Assembly (NCBI GenBank): GCA_964535655.1
Contig: CAZHTP010000001.1
Location: forward strand, 250,862-314,861
Reading direction: 5' to 3'
Length of the DNA stretch: 64,000 bases
From: an uncultured Gammaproteobacteria bacterium
Lineage (GTDB): Bacteria > Patescibacteriota > Microgenomatia > JALYQM01
Shown piece by piece: positions 50,519 to 61,790 of the stretch (within the stretch, counting starts at the first letter, position 1; the number at the start of each line of letters is the position of its first letter). The position numbers and the translations under genes were made by a program. The notes under the pieces were generated by a model. The model was not told the DNA's origin. It saw only the letters and a program-made list of their open reading frames with translations, and did no database searches.

Positions 50519-52819
50519 TCATTTATTTATTGTGTTTTTTGATTTGATGTTAAAAAATAAATAAACTGAGTATGTTACTAAGAATGAAAATCCAACTAAG
50601 GCAGCAATAACCCCTCCTTTCCAATATGTTGGTTCAAAATAAAATCTGAGTAAGTGTTTTCCTTTAGGTATTGATACTGCGCGAAAGTTGTAGTTGGCTT
50701 TAATAATAGGTACTTCTTTAGTATTCAGGGACGCATGCCAGCCTGGATAGTAGGTGTCAGACATAATAAAGTAACTTGCTGTCGAGGATTCAATTTGAAA
50801 TGTCATGTCTTGAGGAGTGTAGTTTCTTACGGCATAACTTGCCTGATAGTTGTAGGTAATTGTGTCTTTAGATTTATTAATTTTAGCAGTTTCTAATAAA
50901 ATTTGGGTTTTTGCGTCAAATTCGTTACTAAGTAAGGTTTTTAGAACTTTGTCAGAATCAGTTTCAAAATGGGCACTGTTTTCGGGTAAAATTTGAATTC
51001 GGGGGATAAATGTATTATTTTCATACAGGTATACTTTATCTGACTCGATGTAAGAGTTCTCATTTTCACTTGTAGGAATTCTGTGTTTATATTTTAGGCG
51101 GTAAGGGAATGTTTTAACTAGACTTAAATCAGCATTGTTAACGGGTATATCTGACAAAATATATTTTGTTGACTGGAGATCTAATGATTTTTTCATAGTA
51201 TCAGGAAATTTTATTTGGCTATTTTTAAAGTCAATGATTAAATGATTTGAATTTAAATCATGATGCCTTTTAATAAACAGCCCCGTGTAACCTTGACTGG
51301 AGTCGATATTGTAGATCATATTGAAATCCTGGTAAATCAGATTTTTGAAACCATACTGCAGATCCTGATTAAGCACCTGGTTATTACCCAGAATGTCTAC
51401 ACCTGCGGAATAGACTCTCCATTCGTGGAATTGTGTGTTTGGATATTTGCTTTGAATATACTTGGCGCTCTCAGGCATTTCTAACCATCGACTCGCATTA
51501 ATAGTTGGGATTACAGAACTATTATTGATAAAGAGATCTCCGTAGCTTATTGCTAGGATTATCATCCCGACAATCGTCATTTGATTCACGTTTCTCTTAT
51601 TTTCGATAAATTGGTCCAAACCAATGCTTGCTAGCATTGCAATAGAAAATTCTATAACAAATAATGATTTTAAGGGTAATCTAAAGAACTTTAGCCCAGG
51701 TATGGTTTCTCTAATTAATGTGTAAACTTGTGTTGAAGAACCTACTGCGTAGATATATGTTAGTGTTAGCAGGGAAAGATACACGAATATCCATCGTCTT
51801 TTTTCTCCCTGCACTCCTTTTTTAAAAATTGAAATTATTGCGTAAAATCCTAATATCAATGGCAGAATTCCAAGGTAGGGATAGATAGATTTTATATTAA
51901 CTGTTTGTCCTTGAATCTTTGTATATATTCGGTCTGCATACAATGGGTAGGCCTTAGGATTAATAAAAAAAATTAACGATTGAACTGGCCATTCTTCTAT
52001 TGCTGATTCTTCAGTAGTGACTCCGCCTACCCGTTGTGATTGTAGCGTTAACTCTACAGTGGAAAGAATCTGAGGCAGAACCAAAATACACGCAATAGTA
52101 ATTCCAATACAAAAAGTTACTGCTTTTATTTTAAAATTTTCAATAAATTGTTTGTTGAAAAATAAGCGTAAAATCAGATATACTCCGCCAAAAAGCAAGC
52201 TGTAATAGCTGAATTCTAAAGACCCTACAGACAGTTGAAGAAACAACACGATGGTAAAACAGAGGAAATACCATGCCAGTTTAAACTTATTTTCGCTCTC
52301 TTTCCAGGATATTATTTTATCAATAGTGAGCAGGAATAGGGGGAAATATGTTACGATCAAGACAATATTGGTATGTTGAATTCTCATTAATAGAGCACCG
52401 CAAAATGTATAGACTAGGCTTCCTAGTAATGAGCTGTGTGTTCTTAATTTAAGAATAGATTGAGTATATAAATATGTCCCTACTGCTGCGATCATGAACT
52501 GTATAAGCAAGATCCAGTTAAAGGCGGTGATTGTTGGTATTGGCAATCTAAAAAAAACTTGATTAAGCGGATATAGCGCTGCTAATCCACCTTCTGCAAA
52601 ATAGGGAAAGCCGTCAGAAATATTATCTGTCCAAAAAGGTATACCTTGGTGTTGGGAGAAGGAGCGATGTAGTAATTCTTTGGAGGGATAATTAGATGCG
52701 AATAAATCTGACTGAATTAATCCCGAAGAAAAAAAAGTATGTCCAAGAAAAACGACCTTAGGAAAAAATATTAGTACTGATATAATCAAGAGTACTATAG
52801 GGGTTATTTTTTTGATCAT
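50519..52819 (-). CDS. YfhO-like GT-C-fold membrane glycosyltransferase.
   Basis: 766 aa. N-terminus GHTFFSSGLIQSDLFASNYPSKELLHRSF...GIPFWTDNISDGFPYFAEGGLAALYPLNQVFF... with ~12 TMs, a large ectodomain and a C-terminal TM, consistent with the YfhO family (PF09586) pattern. Confidence 0.55.
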   Translation of the reverse strand: MIKKITPIVLLIISVLIFFPKVVFLGHTFFSSGLIQSDLFASNYPSKELLHRSFSQHQGIPFWTDNISDGFPYFAEGGLAALYPLNQVFFRLPIPTITAFNWILLIQFMIAAVGTYLYTQSILKLRTHSSLLGSLVYTFCGALLMRIQHTNIVLIVTYFPLFLLTIDKIISWKESENKFKLAWYFLCFTIVLFLQLSVGSLEFSYYSLLFGGVYLILRLFFNKQFIENFKIKAVTFCIGITIACILVLPQILSTVELTLQSQRVGGVTTEESAIEEWPVQSLIFFINPKAYPLYADRIYTKIQGQTVNIKSIYPYLGILPLILGFYAIISIFKKGVQGEKRRWIFVYLSLLTLTYIYAVGSSTQVYTLIRETIPGLKFFRLPLKSLFVIEFSIAMLASIGLDQFIENKRNVNQMTIVGMIILAISYGDLFINNSSVIPTINASRWLEMPESAKYIQSKYPNTQFHEWRVYSAGVDILGNNQVLNQDLQYGFKNLIYQDFNMIYNIDSSQGYTGLFIKRHHDLNSNHLIIDFKNSQIKFPDTMKKSLDLQSTKYILSDIPVNNADLSLVKTFPYRLKYKHRIPTSENENSYIESDKVYLYENNTFIPRIQILPENSAHFETDSDKVLKTLLSNEFDAKTQILLETAKINKSKDTITYNYQASYAVRNYTPQDMTFQIESSTASYFIMSDTYYPGWHASLNTKEVPIIKANYNFRAVSIPKGKHLLRFYFEPTYWKGGVIAALVGFSFLVTYSVYLFFNIKSKNTINK

Positions 52820-52850
52820 TGTTTCATTAGTATAATGTTTCTTTAGGATT

Positions 52851-53942
52851 ATGAATATTGTTATCTTTAATTGGCGTGATATTGCAAACCCTTGGGCTGG
52901 TGGATCGGAGCTAAATGTTCATGAAATGGCTAAACGGTGGGTGTTTTCTGGCCAACAGGTTACAATGCTTGTCACCCGAAGTAATGCTCACTGGAGAGGA
53001 TCGAAAACCGAAATTATAGATGGCATAACAATTATACGTATAGGGGGAAGATTTTCGGTATATATACTAGCTCCACTTTACTATTTTTTATTTTTAAGAA
53101 CATGGACTGAAAGAATTGTAGATGTAGAGAATGGAATCCCCTTTTTTACTCCACTTTTTGCTCGTAAAAAAATCATATGCCTTGTTAATCACATTCATCG
53201 TCAAATTTTTTTTAAAGAAATGTGGTTTCCCTTTAGCTTAATCGGATATATTCTAGAGAGCTATGCTATGCCGTATTTTTATAGGAATATTCACTTTGTG
53301 GCGATTTCATTTACTACCAAACTTGCTTTAGAGCAAATTGGAATTCACAAGGAAAACATCTCAGTTATTCGTCCCGGAGTAGATTTGGTTCAATTTAAGA
53401 AAGGTAACAAAACTTTCGCCGATCCGACAATTTTATACCTCGGTAAAATAAAAAGATACAAAAATATATCCGTGCTTATTGATCTGCATTTGAGAATTCG
53501 TCAAGTAGTTCCTTCTGTTAAGCTAATTTTAGCTGGTGATGGTTATGATCGACCTGTTATCGAAGCGATTGTAAGAGAGAAAAATCTTTCTTCTGAGATA
53601 CAGGTTTTAGGACATGTAAGCGAATTAGAAAAAGTGAGGTTGTATCAAAATTCGTGGATCTATGTTACGCCGTCGCAGATGGAAGGATGGGGGCTTACTG
53701 TTATTGAAGCAAATGCTTGTGGATTGCCGGTTGTTGGTTTTTCTGTTCCAGGGTTGATTGACTCAATTGATTCTGGTAATTCAGGATATTTGGTCAAATC
53801 GTTTGAGGAGTTAGTAGAAAAAGTTGTACAGTTACTTACAAATAATGAGCTTCGCCATAAATTCAAGGAAAATGCATTACAACGTGCTCAATTATTTTCG
53901 TGGGAGAAAAGTAGTGAGGAATTCCTTACACTACTACTTTGA
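52851..53942 (+). CDS. Glycosyltransferase, GT4 family.
   Basis: QMEGWGLTVIEANACGLPVVGFSVPGLIDSI (E-x7-E motif). Confidence 0.75.
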   Translation: MNIVIFNWRDIANPWAGGSELNVHEMAKRWVFSGQQVTMLVTRSNAHWRGSKTEIIDGITIIRIGGRFSVYILAPLYYFLFLRTWTERIVDVENGIPFFTPLFARKKIICLVNHIHRQIFFKEMWFPFSLIGYILESYAMPYFYRNIHFVAISFTTKLALEQIGIHKENISVIRPGVDLVQFKKGNKTFADPTILYLGKIKRYKNISVLIDLHLRIRQVVPSVKLILAGDGYDRPVIEAIVREKNLSSEIQVLGHVSELEKVRLYQNSWIYVTPSQMEGWGLTVIEANACGLPVVGFSVPGLIDSIDSGNSGYLVKSFEELVEKVVQLLTNNELRHKFKENALQRAQLFSWEKSSEEFLTLLL

Positions 53943-55669
53943 TGTATATTTTAGGACTTAACCTATCTCATACTGCCACAGCATGTCTTTTAAAAGACGG
54001 AAGGATTGTCGGATGTGTAAGTGAGGAACGATTTACTCGGATTAAAAATTGCGATGGTTTTCCGAGTAACGCTGTTTCGTATCTACTCAAATTAGAATGC
54101 ATTTCAATGGATGACATTGATTTGATTGTCCATGCCGGACTTTATCTAACTCCCGCATGGAATCCAGTTACAGAGGAAGCCAAATGGTATGGCAGGCCGC
54201 TATTGATCTGTTACCGCTTTTTTGCGCGTATTCCGTTACTGGAAAGAGTTATTCGAACGGCTTTTAATTATATAACTAAACACAAGAGTAGAATTGCGTT
54301 ATCGAGGACTCTTTTGAAACGGTTAAGGGTAGATAAAAAAAAGCTCCTATTTGCTTCACACCATCAATGTCATTTGTATACCGCTTTCTATGGATTTGTG
54401 GATGAAACAATACGACATGATAATTTGCTGGTCCTTTCGCATGATGGTGAAGGTGATTTTTTATGTGGTCTTGTCTCAAAGTACGAGACGGACAAATTAA
54501 CTACCGTAACTGAGATTTTGGCAGGTAATTCGCTTGCTGCTCCTTATCTTTGTGCGACGGTACTTTTAGGAATGAAGCCTAATGAGCACGAATATAAAAT
54601 TATGGGCCTGGCACCGTATGCTTCACCGTATGAAACAGGTAAGGTGCTTCCTTTTTTTGAATCATTGATTGCAATAGACGGGTTAACTATTAAATCACGG
54701 ATTTCAATTAGAGCAGCGTTTGCTTATTTGCAGGAGAAACTAAGATTTTCTCGGTTTGATGGAATTGCTGGGGCGGTACAGATGTTTGTAGAGAAGAGAT
54801 CAATTGAATGGGTTAGTAATTGTATCGACATAGTACAGATTTCAAACATTGTTTTAACTGGTGGCTTTTTCATGAACGTTAAAGTTAACAAATCTGTTTC
54901 TGAATTAAAAAAAATAGACTCCCTTACTGTTTGCCCGAGCGCAGGAGACGAATCAATTGCAATTGGTGCGTGCTATTTCGGATACGAAAAGGCTGTAGAA
55001 AATACTTTAAAAAGTTTCTCACCTCAAATTATAACCGATTTGTACCTTGGTCCATGTTTTACTGACGATGAGATCGAATTATGTTTGGGTCGCTTCCGAA
55101 ATAGCGTGTTCTTTTCAAAGATTGTATGTATACCCGAAAAAGTAGCTCACTTACTTAGCATTGGAGAAATTGTAGCAAGGTTTGATGGTCGTAGCGAATG
55201 GGGTGCTCGATCTTTAGGCAATAGGTCGATCCTTGCTCATCCTGGATTAATTGAAAATGTTAGAAAAATTAATGAATCAATTAAAGAGAGGGATTTCTGG
55301 ATGCCGTTTTCCCCCACGATCCTTGATTACCGTGAGACTGACTATATCGTTAACCCTAAAAGAGTTGATTCTTCATATATGCAAATGAGTTTCAGTACAA
55401 CTGATTTGGGAAAAAAAGAATTAGTAGCAGCAATTCACTCGTATGATTTTTCTGTTCGACCTCAGATTCTAAAAAGATCTCAAAATGAGTCTTATTATAG
55501 CTTAATACAATCATTTGAAAAATTAACTGGTATTGGAGCTGTTCTTAATACCTCGTTTAATATTCATGGAGAACCAATTGTTTGCTCCCCAGATGACGCG
55601 GTTAAGACATTCCTGAAAAGTGATCTTCACTATTTACAGATTGGATCGTTTCTTGTTGAAAAAGCGTAA
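53939..55669 (+). CDS. Carbamoyltransferase (NodU/CmcH family).
   Basis: N-terminus MYILGLNLSHTATACLLKDGRIVGCVSEERFTRIKNCDGFP (Carbam_trans_N, Kae1/YgjD-like); the 576-aa length is typical. Confidence 0.8.
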   Translation: MMYILGLNLSHTATACLLKDGRIVGCVSEERFTRIKNCDGFPSNAVSYLLKLECISMDDIDLIVHAGLYLTPAWNPVTEEAKWYGRPLLICYRFFARIPLLERVIRTAFNYITKHKSRIALSRTLLKRLRVDKKKLLFASHHQCHLYTAFYGFVDETIRHDNLLVLSHDGEGDFLCGLVSKYETDKLTTVTEILAGNSLAAPYLCATVLLGMKPNEHEYKIMGLAPYASPYETGKVLPFFESLIAIDGLTIKSRISIRAAFAYLQEKLRFSRFDGIAGAVQMFVEKRSIEWVSNCIDIVQISNIVLTGGFFMNVKVNKSVSELKKIDSLTVCPSAGDESIAIGACYFGYEKAVENTLKSFSPQIITDLYLGPCFTDDEIELCLGRFRNSVFFSKIVCIPEKVAHLLSIGEIVARFDGRSEWGARSLGNRSILAHPGLIENVRKINESIKERDFWMPFSPTILDYRETDYIVNPKRVDSSYMQMSFSTTDLGKKELVAAIHSYDFSVRPQILKRSQNESYYSLIQSFEKLTGIGAVLNTSFNIHGEPIVCSPDDAVKTFLKSDLHYLQIGSFLVEKA

Positions 55670-56332
55670 GCGTATAGCAGTGTATGTGTGCTCTACTATA
55701 GATTGGAGAATAGAAACTTTGGAGATACCGCCTGATCTCTGTGAAAAAATAATAGGTGTTTCCCCTATTTTGTATCCAAGCTGTTTTGCCGTATAGAGTA
55801 TCGATAAATCCAATGTCCAAGGCGTAATATTTGATCGATCAATATGATTGAGTAACTTTTTAGGAAATAATTTAAGCCCTGATTGAATATCGCAAGTTAG
55901 GCCAAATAGTACGTACCCATACAAGAATCGATGAATGGTACTTAAAATTTTCCTGTGGAGTTTTTCGTGATTGGTGTTTCTTCTGGCTACAACCACTGGA
56001 TATTCTGTTGCTAATCTTGCCATTTCTGGTATTGCTTCAGGGGGATATTGAAGGTCGGCATCAATCATAACAACATATTCGGTTGAAGATAACTCAATAC
56101 CTTGAATAATTGAATTTGCTTTTCCTTCACTGATACTATGTGTAATAATTTTTAAAGGGTATTGCTTGCAAATCATGTTTAGCACATTAACGGTGTTGTC
56201 AGTTGAACCATCATTAATAAAAATGATACTATACTGAATGTTATTATCTTCGCACGATGTCTTAATTCGTTTGAATAAATTTCTAAGATTTTCTGATTCG
56301 TTTTTAGCTGGAATAATAACGCTTATATGCAT
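55634..56332 (-). CDS. GT2-family polyprenyl-phosphate sugar synthase-like glycosyltransferase (Dpm1/CsbB-like catalytic domain).
   Basis: MHISVIIPAKNESENL...IFINDGSTDNT...MIDADLQYPPEAIP (DxD/DAD motif). Confidence 0.75.
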   Translation of the reverse strand: MHISVIIPAKNESENLRNLFKRIKTSCEDNNIQYSIIFINDGSTDNTVNVLNMICKQYPLKIITHSISEGKANSIIQGIELSSTEYVVMIDADLQYPPEAIPEMARLATEYPVVVARRNTNHEKLHRKILSTIHRFLYGYVLFGLTCDIQSGLKLFPKKLLNHIDRSNITPWTLDLSILYTAKQLGYKIGETPIIFSQRSGGISKVSILQSIVEHTYTAIRLRFFNKKRSNL

Positions 56333-57391
56333 AGAATGAAGGAATTATACCTTGGCGAAGTGTTAGAAAAAAGAAGTGTTCATGCTTCAGCTCCGGCCCG
56401 CCTTGATGTTGGTGGAACATGGGATATTAAAGGTCTTTCGCTTACACACGAATGGCTTTCTCCTACCACTACGAATATTGCAATCTCGTTGCGAACACAT
56501 GCGCAGCTCTTCCCATATGAATATGGTAAAGTAAAAGTTTCCAATTCAATTGAATCAGAAGAGTTCGCTATTGATGCTGCTCCTTTACAAGGTCCATTGC
56601 GATTACTTACGGCTATCGCTTCTCATTTTGGGCTACACGGCTATGAATTGAAACTTACTTACGAAGCTCCCCCCTTTTCGGGATTGGGAGGATCTGGTAC
56701 GGTAGGAGTCGCTTTTATTGGGGCACTTCAGGCCGCGCTTTGTCTATTACGATCCGAGGAGGTGATATATAACCCGCAAGATGCGGCATTTCGTGCCTAT
56801 AGTATTGAAGATAGCCTTGGAATTTCGTTGTGTGGTATGCAAGATCACTGCGCGGCGGCTTTTGGTGGAATTAGTAGATGGTCATGGTTGTATACTACTC
56901 CACAGCTTTTTAAGCGTGAGCATATTAATGATGAAAAAGTGATAGAAGAATTAAATGAACGGTTAATTGTTGCGTATTTGGGTAAAGGGCATAAGTCAAA
57001 GACGGTGAACGAAAAGCAGATGGAATCCTTTTGGAATGTTACTACTCGTAAAAACTGGTATGAAATAAACGAAATTTCTCATGAGTTTTACGACGCTGTA
57101 TCCGGTTTCCATTGGCATGACGCTGCTAGGCTACTCGCTCGCGAAAATGAAATACGAATTAGTTTAGTGCCTGAACGTCTTAATGAAACAGCATATTCTC
57201 TATTAAATATTGCTAACGCTTTTCCAGTAGGTTTTGCGGCCGCAGGGGCTGGTGATGGTGGTTGTGTTTGGGTGCTCTGTGCTAATTCTGAAGACAAAAC
57301 TAAGATTGAAGAAGATTTTCGTAAGGTGCTTGGAATAGGTGCAATTCTGCCGCTATCTATAGAGAATACAGGAATACAGCTTGAATATTAA
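56327..57391 (+). CDS. GHMP-family sugar kinase (HddA/COG2605-like, heptose-7-phosphate-kinase-type).
   Basis: GHMP ATP-binding motif PPFSGLGGSGTVGVAFIGAL. Confidence 0.7.
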   Translation: MHRMKELYLGEVLEKRSVHASAPARLDVGGTWDIKGLSLTHEWLSPTTTNIAISLRTHAQLFPYEYGKVKVSNSIESEEFAIDAAPLQGPLRLLTAIASHFGLHGYELKLTYEAPPFSGLGGSGTVGVAFIGALQAALCLLRSEEVIYNPQDAAFRAYSIEDSLGISLCGMQDHCAAAFGGISRWSWLYTTPQLFKREHINDEKVIEELNERLIVAYLGKGHKSKTVNEKQMESFWNVTTRKNWYEINEISHEFYDAVSGFHWHDAARLLARENEIRISLVPERLNETAYSLLNIANAFPVGFAAAGAGDGGCVWVLCANSEDKTKIEEDFRKVLGIGAILPLSIENTGIQLEY

Positions 57392-58155
57392 TTTATTGAA
57401 AAATACTCAGGACCAAGATCAATGCCTTTTTCAAAATGCTTTCTTAATGTGTAATCGGTTCGCACTTTTTCTAAACCAGCTGGCGTGCCCATATCGGTTA
57501 TATATTCGTTTGTCATATAGGCATGGATAATATTTTTTTTCGAGTTGATAATTTTGGGGAAAAGATCCTTCTCAAATGAAACTTCATCTGAACTTGGCAT
57601 ATAATCAAATAGCTCTTTATTACAAACATATATTCCCCTATTGCTACAGTTTTTAATGGCAACATTGACAGGATGCGGGCGATTGATAACCCCAGTTATC
57701 TCGTTGTTACTATTTGTAATAAAGTGGTCACAAATTTCAGGTTGATAATAGCGAGAAGTTACAATAGTAGCGATCACGTTTGACGGCTGAGTTGTGTGAT
57801 ATTTAATTACAGATTTAATATCAAACTTCATTAAATAATCACAGTATAGAACAATGAATCTATCTGGGAGTTCATCTCTGATAAGATTTAAAGCGCCGGC
57901 CGTTCCTAATAGTTTATTTGGTTCAATAAATTTGATTGTAACTTCTAGCCGCTTACCATCTTCAAAATAGTTTTTTATTTGTTCCTTTAGATGATGTACC
58001 GAAATGTAGATCTCAGTAATTTTATTTTCTTTTAGAAACCGTAGAGTGTGTTCCAAGACTGGATACTGACCAATAGGTATTAGGGGTTTAGGGATTGTAT
58101 TAGTAAGGGGTAGCAATCGGGAACCAAGTCCTTCTGCAAGAATTACTGCTTTCAT
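57388..58155 (-). CDS. Sugar-1-phosphate nucleotidylyltransferase (HddC/RmlA-like).
   Basis: MKAVILAEGLGSRLLPLTNTIPKPLIPIGQYPVLEHTLRFL (G-x-G-x-R-L loop). ORF 57388..58230; the start MKAVIL at 58155 abuts the folD stop. Confidence 0.8.
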   Translation of the reverse strand: MKAVILAEGLGSRLLPLTNTIPKPLIPIGQYPVLEHTLRFLKENKITEIYISVHHLKEQIKNYFEDGKRLEVTIKFIEPNKLLGTAGALNLIRDELPDRFIVLYCDYLMKFDIKSVIKYHTTQPSNVIATIVTSRYYQPEICDHFITNSNNEITGVINRPHPVNVAIKNCSNRGIYVCNKELFDYMPSSDEVSFEKDLFPKIINSKKNIIHAYMTNEYITDMGTPAGLEKVRTDYTLRKHFEKGIDLGPEYFSIN

Positions 58156-58979
58156 CTGGTAGACGCTGTATATACATTTCTCAGAAGGCACGCGATGGTA
58201 AGTGGGCCAATTCCGCCAATGGTTGGGCAAAGTAACTTAGCCTTATTCTCAACTCCTTTTTCATCTACGTCGCCGAACGTTTTTTCTTTACCATCAATTT
58301 CTTCTTTTCCAACTCCAATTCCCATCACATATGCACCTTCTTTGACGTTAGCGGCGTTAATAATATGTTTCTTTCCGGTCGCTGAGATGATAATGTCAGC
58401 TCTACGGATTATGTCATTTGGATTTAATGTTTTTGAGTCTACTAATGTTGATGCGTTGCCATGTTTTTCTAGCAGATCACGGATCGGCTTACCAGCTGTT
58501 TTACCTTTTCCTAAGACAACAATGCTTTTGTTTTTCAGGAATGCATCAACAGGCTGAGTTTCGATTCTTGCAAACTCTTTGAGCATTTCCCAAGTACCTT
58601 CTGCAGTCGCGGGAATAAACGGAGAACCAGGGATAAAGCCATCAACATCTTTTTGAGGAGCTATCATATTAACCAGATCAAATGATTCCCAGCCTGGGTA
58701 AAGCGGTAGTTGTACAATAATGCCTTGAATTAAGGGATCGCTGTTTAGTTCATTTATTTTTGTTTTACACAATAATTGATCTGCAGGAGAAAACTCATAG
58801 GTTGTAACGTGGATGCCAATTTCGTCGCCTATGATAGTTTTGTGCTTGATATAGGTTCTTGAAGCAGGATGATTTCCGGCCAGGATGATAGCCAGGTTTG
58901 GATGTAATTTTTTATCAGCTATTTTAAGGCGTACTTCTTCTAGGATTTTCTGTGCGAGTGGTTTGCCTGAGACAATCAT
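58152..58979 (-). CDS. folD: Bifunctional methylenetetrahydrofolate dehydrogenase/cyclohydrolase.
   Basis: LAIILAGNHPASRTYIKHKTIIGDEIGIHV and GKGKTAGKPI Rossmann segments. Confidence 0.9.
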   Translation of the reverse strand: MIVSGKPLAQKILEEVRLKIADKKLHPNLAIILAGNHPASRTYIKHKTIIGDEIGIHVTTYEFSPADQLLCKTKINELNSDPLIQGIIVQLPLYPGWESFDLVNMIAPQKDVDGFIPGSPFIPATAEGTWEMLKEFARIETQPVDAFLKNKSIVVLGKGKTAGKPIRDLLEKHGNASTLVDSKTLNPNDIIRRADIIISATGKKHIINAANVKEGAYVMGIGVGKEEIDGKEKTFGDVDEKGVENKAKLLCPTIGGIGPLTIACLLRNVYTASTR

Positions 58980-59017
58980 GTACGTATTCTATCATTATTT
59001 AGAGAATTTTAGTGACT

Positions 59018-60385
<1,368 letters not shown>

Positions 60386-60736
60386 TTATGCGCTTGCCGG
60401 GTGAGTTGGATTCTTGCTTAATTCTACGACTAAATCGAAGTTATCGTCGCCTGCGATACGATTGTAACGGATAAATCCGCAGAGTTCACATTGGTGAGAC
60501 AGCACGTATTCACCTGATTTCTTAGTATATGAAGAAATCGGCTTCATAAGACCTTTACATTGATTCCTTCTATCCCCCGGGGTATCAGTATCAACGTGTT
60601 TTGAATACAAGCAGAACGGACAATGATTTCGATACGATCCGCCGTAAACAATTGGATCTACATGTTTGCCACAACTACCACACTCAAAATCCTCATTCAA
60701 GGCTATCATGCGCTTTGGCTTTTTCTTATAGTGCAT
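60386..60736 (-). CDS. RNHCP-domain zinc-ribbon protein.
   Basis: FECGSCGKHV...YRNHCPFCLYSKHVD...SHQCELCG carries the RNHCP signature and four Cys pairs. Confidence 0.5.
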   Translation of the reverse strand: MHYKKKPKRMIALNEDFECGSCGKHVDPIVYGGSYRNHCPFCLYSKHVDTDTPGDRRNQCKGLMKPISSYTKKSGEYVLSHQCELCGFIRYNRIAGDDNFDLVVELSKNPTHPASA

Positions 60737-60776
60737 TGGTCCATTATATGCGTTTTGGTCATTTTAGGCAAATTTC

Positions 60777-61730
60777 CTACCGAATCTTCTTTCTCAGAAT
60801 CTTATAAAGTAAGAATAAACCGATGCATACGGGAACCCAAACGATGGCATACACCGCAATCATGATCGCAGCATAGGATATATTTTGAGCGAGAATGGTT
60901 AATCCTCGAAGAGATGCTTTAAATACGTTTGCAGGTTGCCATTTATTTTCTGGTGCTATCGGTAGTTCACTTTCATCGATCGCAAGATTGATTGTAATAT
61001 TTGATAATGCTGCGTTGCCTTCAAGATATTTAAGTTGGCCTTTGTATGAATCTATTTGTGTTTGAATTGAGTTTAGTTCGCGTTGTACTTCAAGAATTTC
61101 ATCAACCTTAACTGCTCTCTTAAGTAATTCCCGATATTGGGCAGCAGTTGCTTCGGAATTACTTATTTTTGCCTGCAAATCAATGAATTCACTTGTTACA
61201 TCATCAGAATTAATATTTTCATTAGTGACTTTAACTGAAGAAGACCGTAAATATGCTAAGAAATCATTGACACGATCTGTAGGAATTCGAGCCGACACAT
61301 ATCCAGATTTAGCATTGTTACCAGCGGTACTTATGTTAGTAGACGATAAATAGCCTCCTAATTGTTTTGCTTTTTCTTCAATACCTTTTGTGCTATCGTC
61401 AACGTTTTTAACTACAATACTCACATTTCCGTTTTTTATTATTTTTCGATCAGTGCCAGTTACTGGAGCTGGATCGGTAGGACGGATAGGCATTAGCATA
61501 TCTGGTGCTGCAACTCCGTCTGCCGCTATCTTAGCATTTTCACCTCGCATCATGGTTGATTCGAGAGAGTTTACAGAGCTTCCATATCCCATTTTTGAGT
61601 TATAAATTAAAGCGCTTGGAGCGTGATTATAGCCACCAAGCATCAGCTTCCCTGCTGCGGTGATAATTACTACAACAAAGGCAATTAAACATGCCAGAAG
61701 AAAATAATTTTTACGGCTGTCGGGTTGCAT
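60777..61730 (-). CDS. DUF4349-like membrane protein (N-terminal TM, coiled-coil ectodomain, C-terminal TM).
   Basis: N-terminal anchor YFLLACLIAFVVVIITAAG, a central coiled coil (...QAKISNSEATAAQYRELLKRA...IQTQIDSYKGQLKYLEGNAAL), and C-terminal TMs. Confidence 0.45.
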   Translation of the reverse strand: MQPDSRKNYFLLACLIAFVVVIITAAGKLMLGGYNHAPSALIYNSKMGYGSSVNSLESTMMRGENAKIAADGVAAPDMLMPIRPTDPAPVTGTDRKIIKNGNVSIVVKNVDDSTKGIEEKAKQLGGYLSSTNISTAGNNAKSGYVSARIPTDRVNDFLAYLRSSSVKVTNENINSDDVTSEFIDLQAKISNSEATAAQYRELLKRAVKVDEILEVQRELNSIQTQIDSYKGQLKYLEGNAALSNITINLAIDESELPIAPENKWQPANVFKASLRGLTILAQNISYAAIMIAVYAIVWVPVCIGLFLLYKILRKKIR

Positions 61731-61790
61731 ATAGATCCTTTACTAAAGTTTATACTTTAATGATAGGTATATTTACTGCGTTTGTCAATT

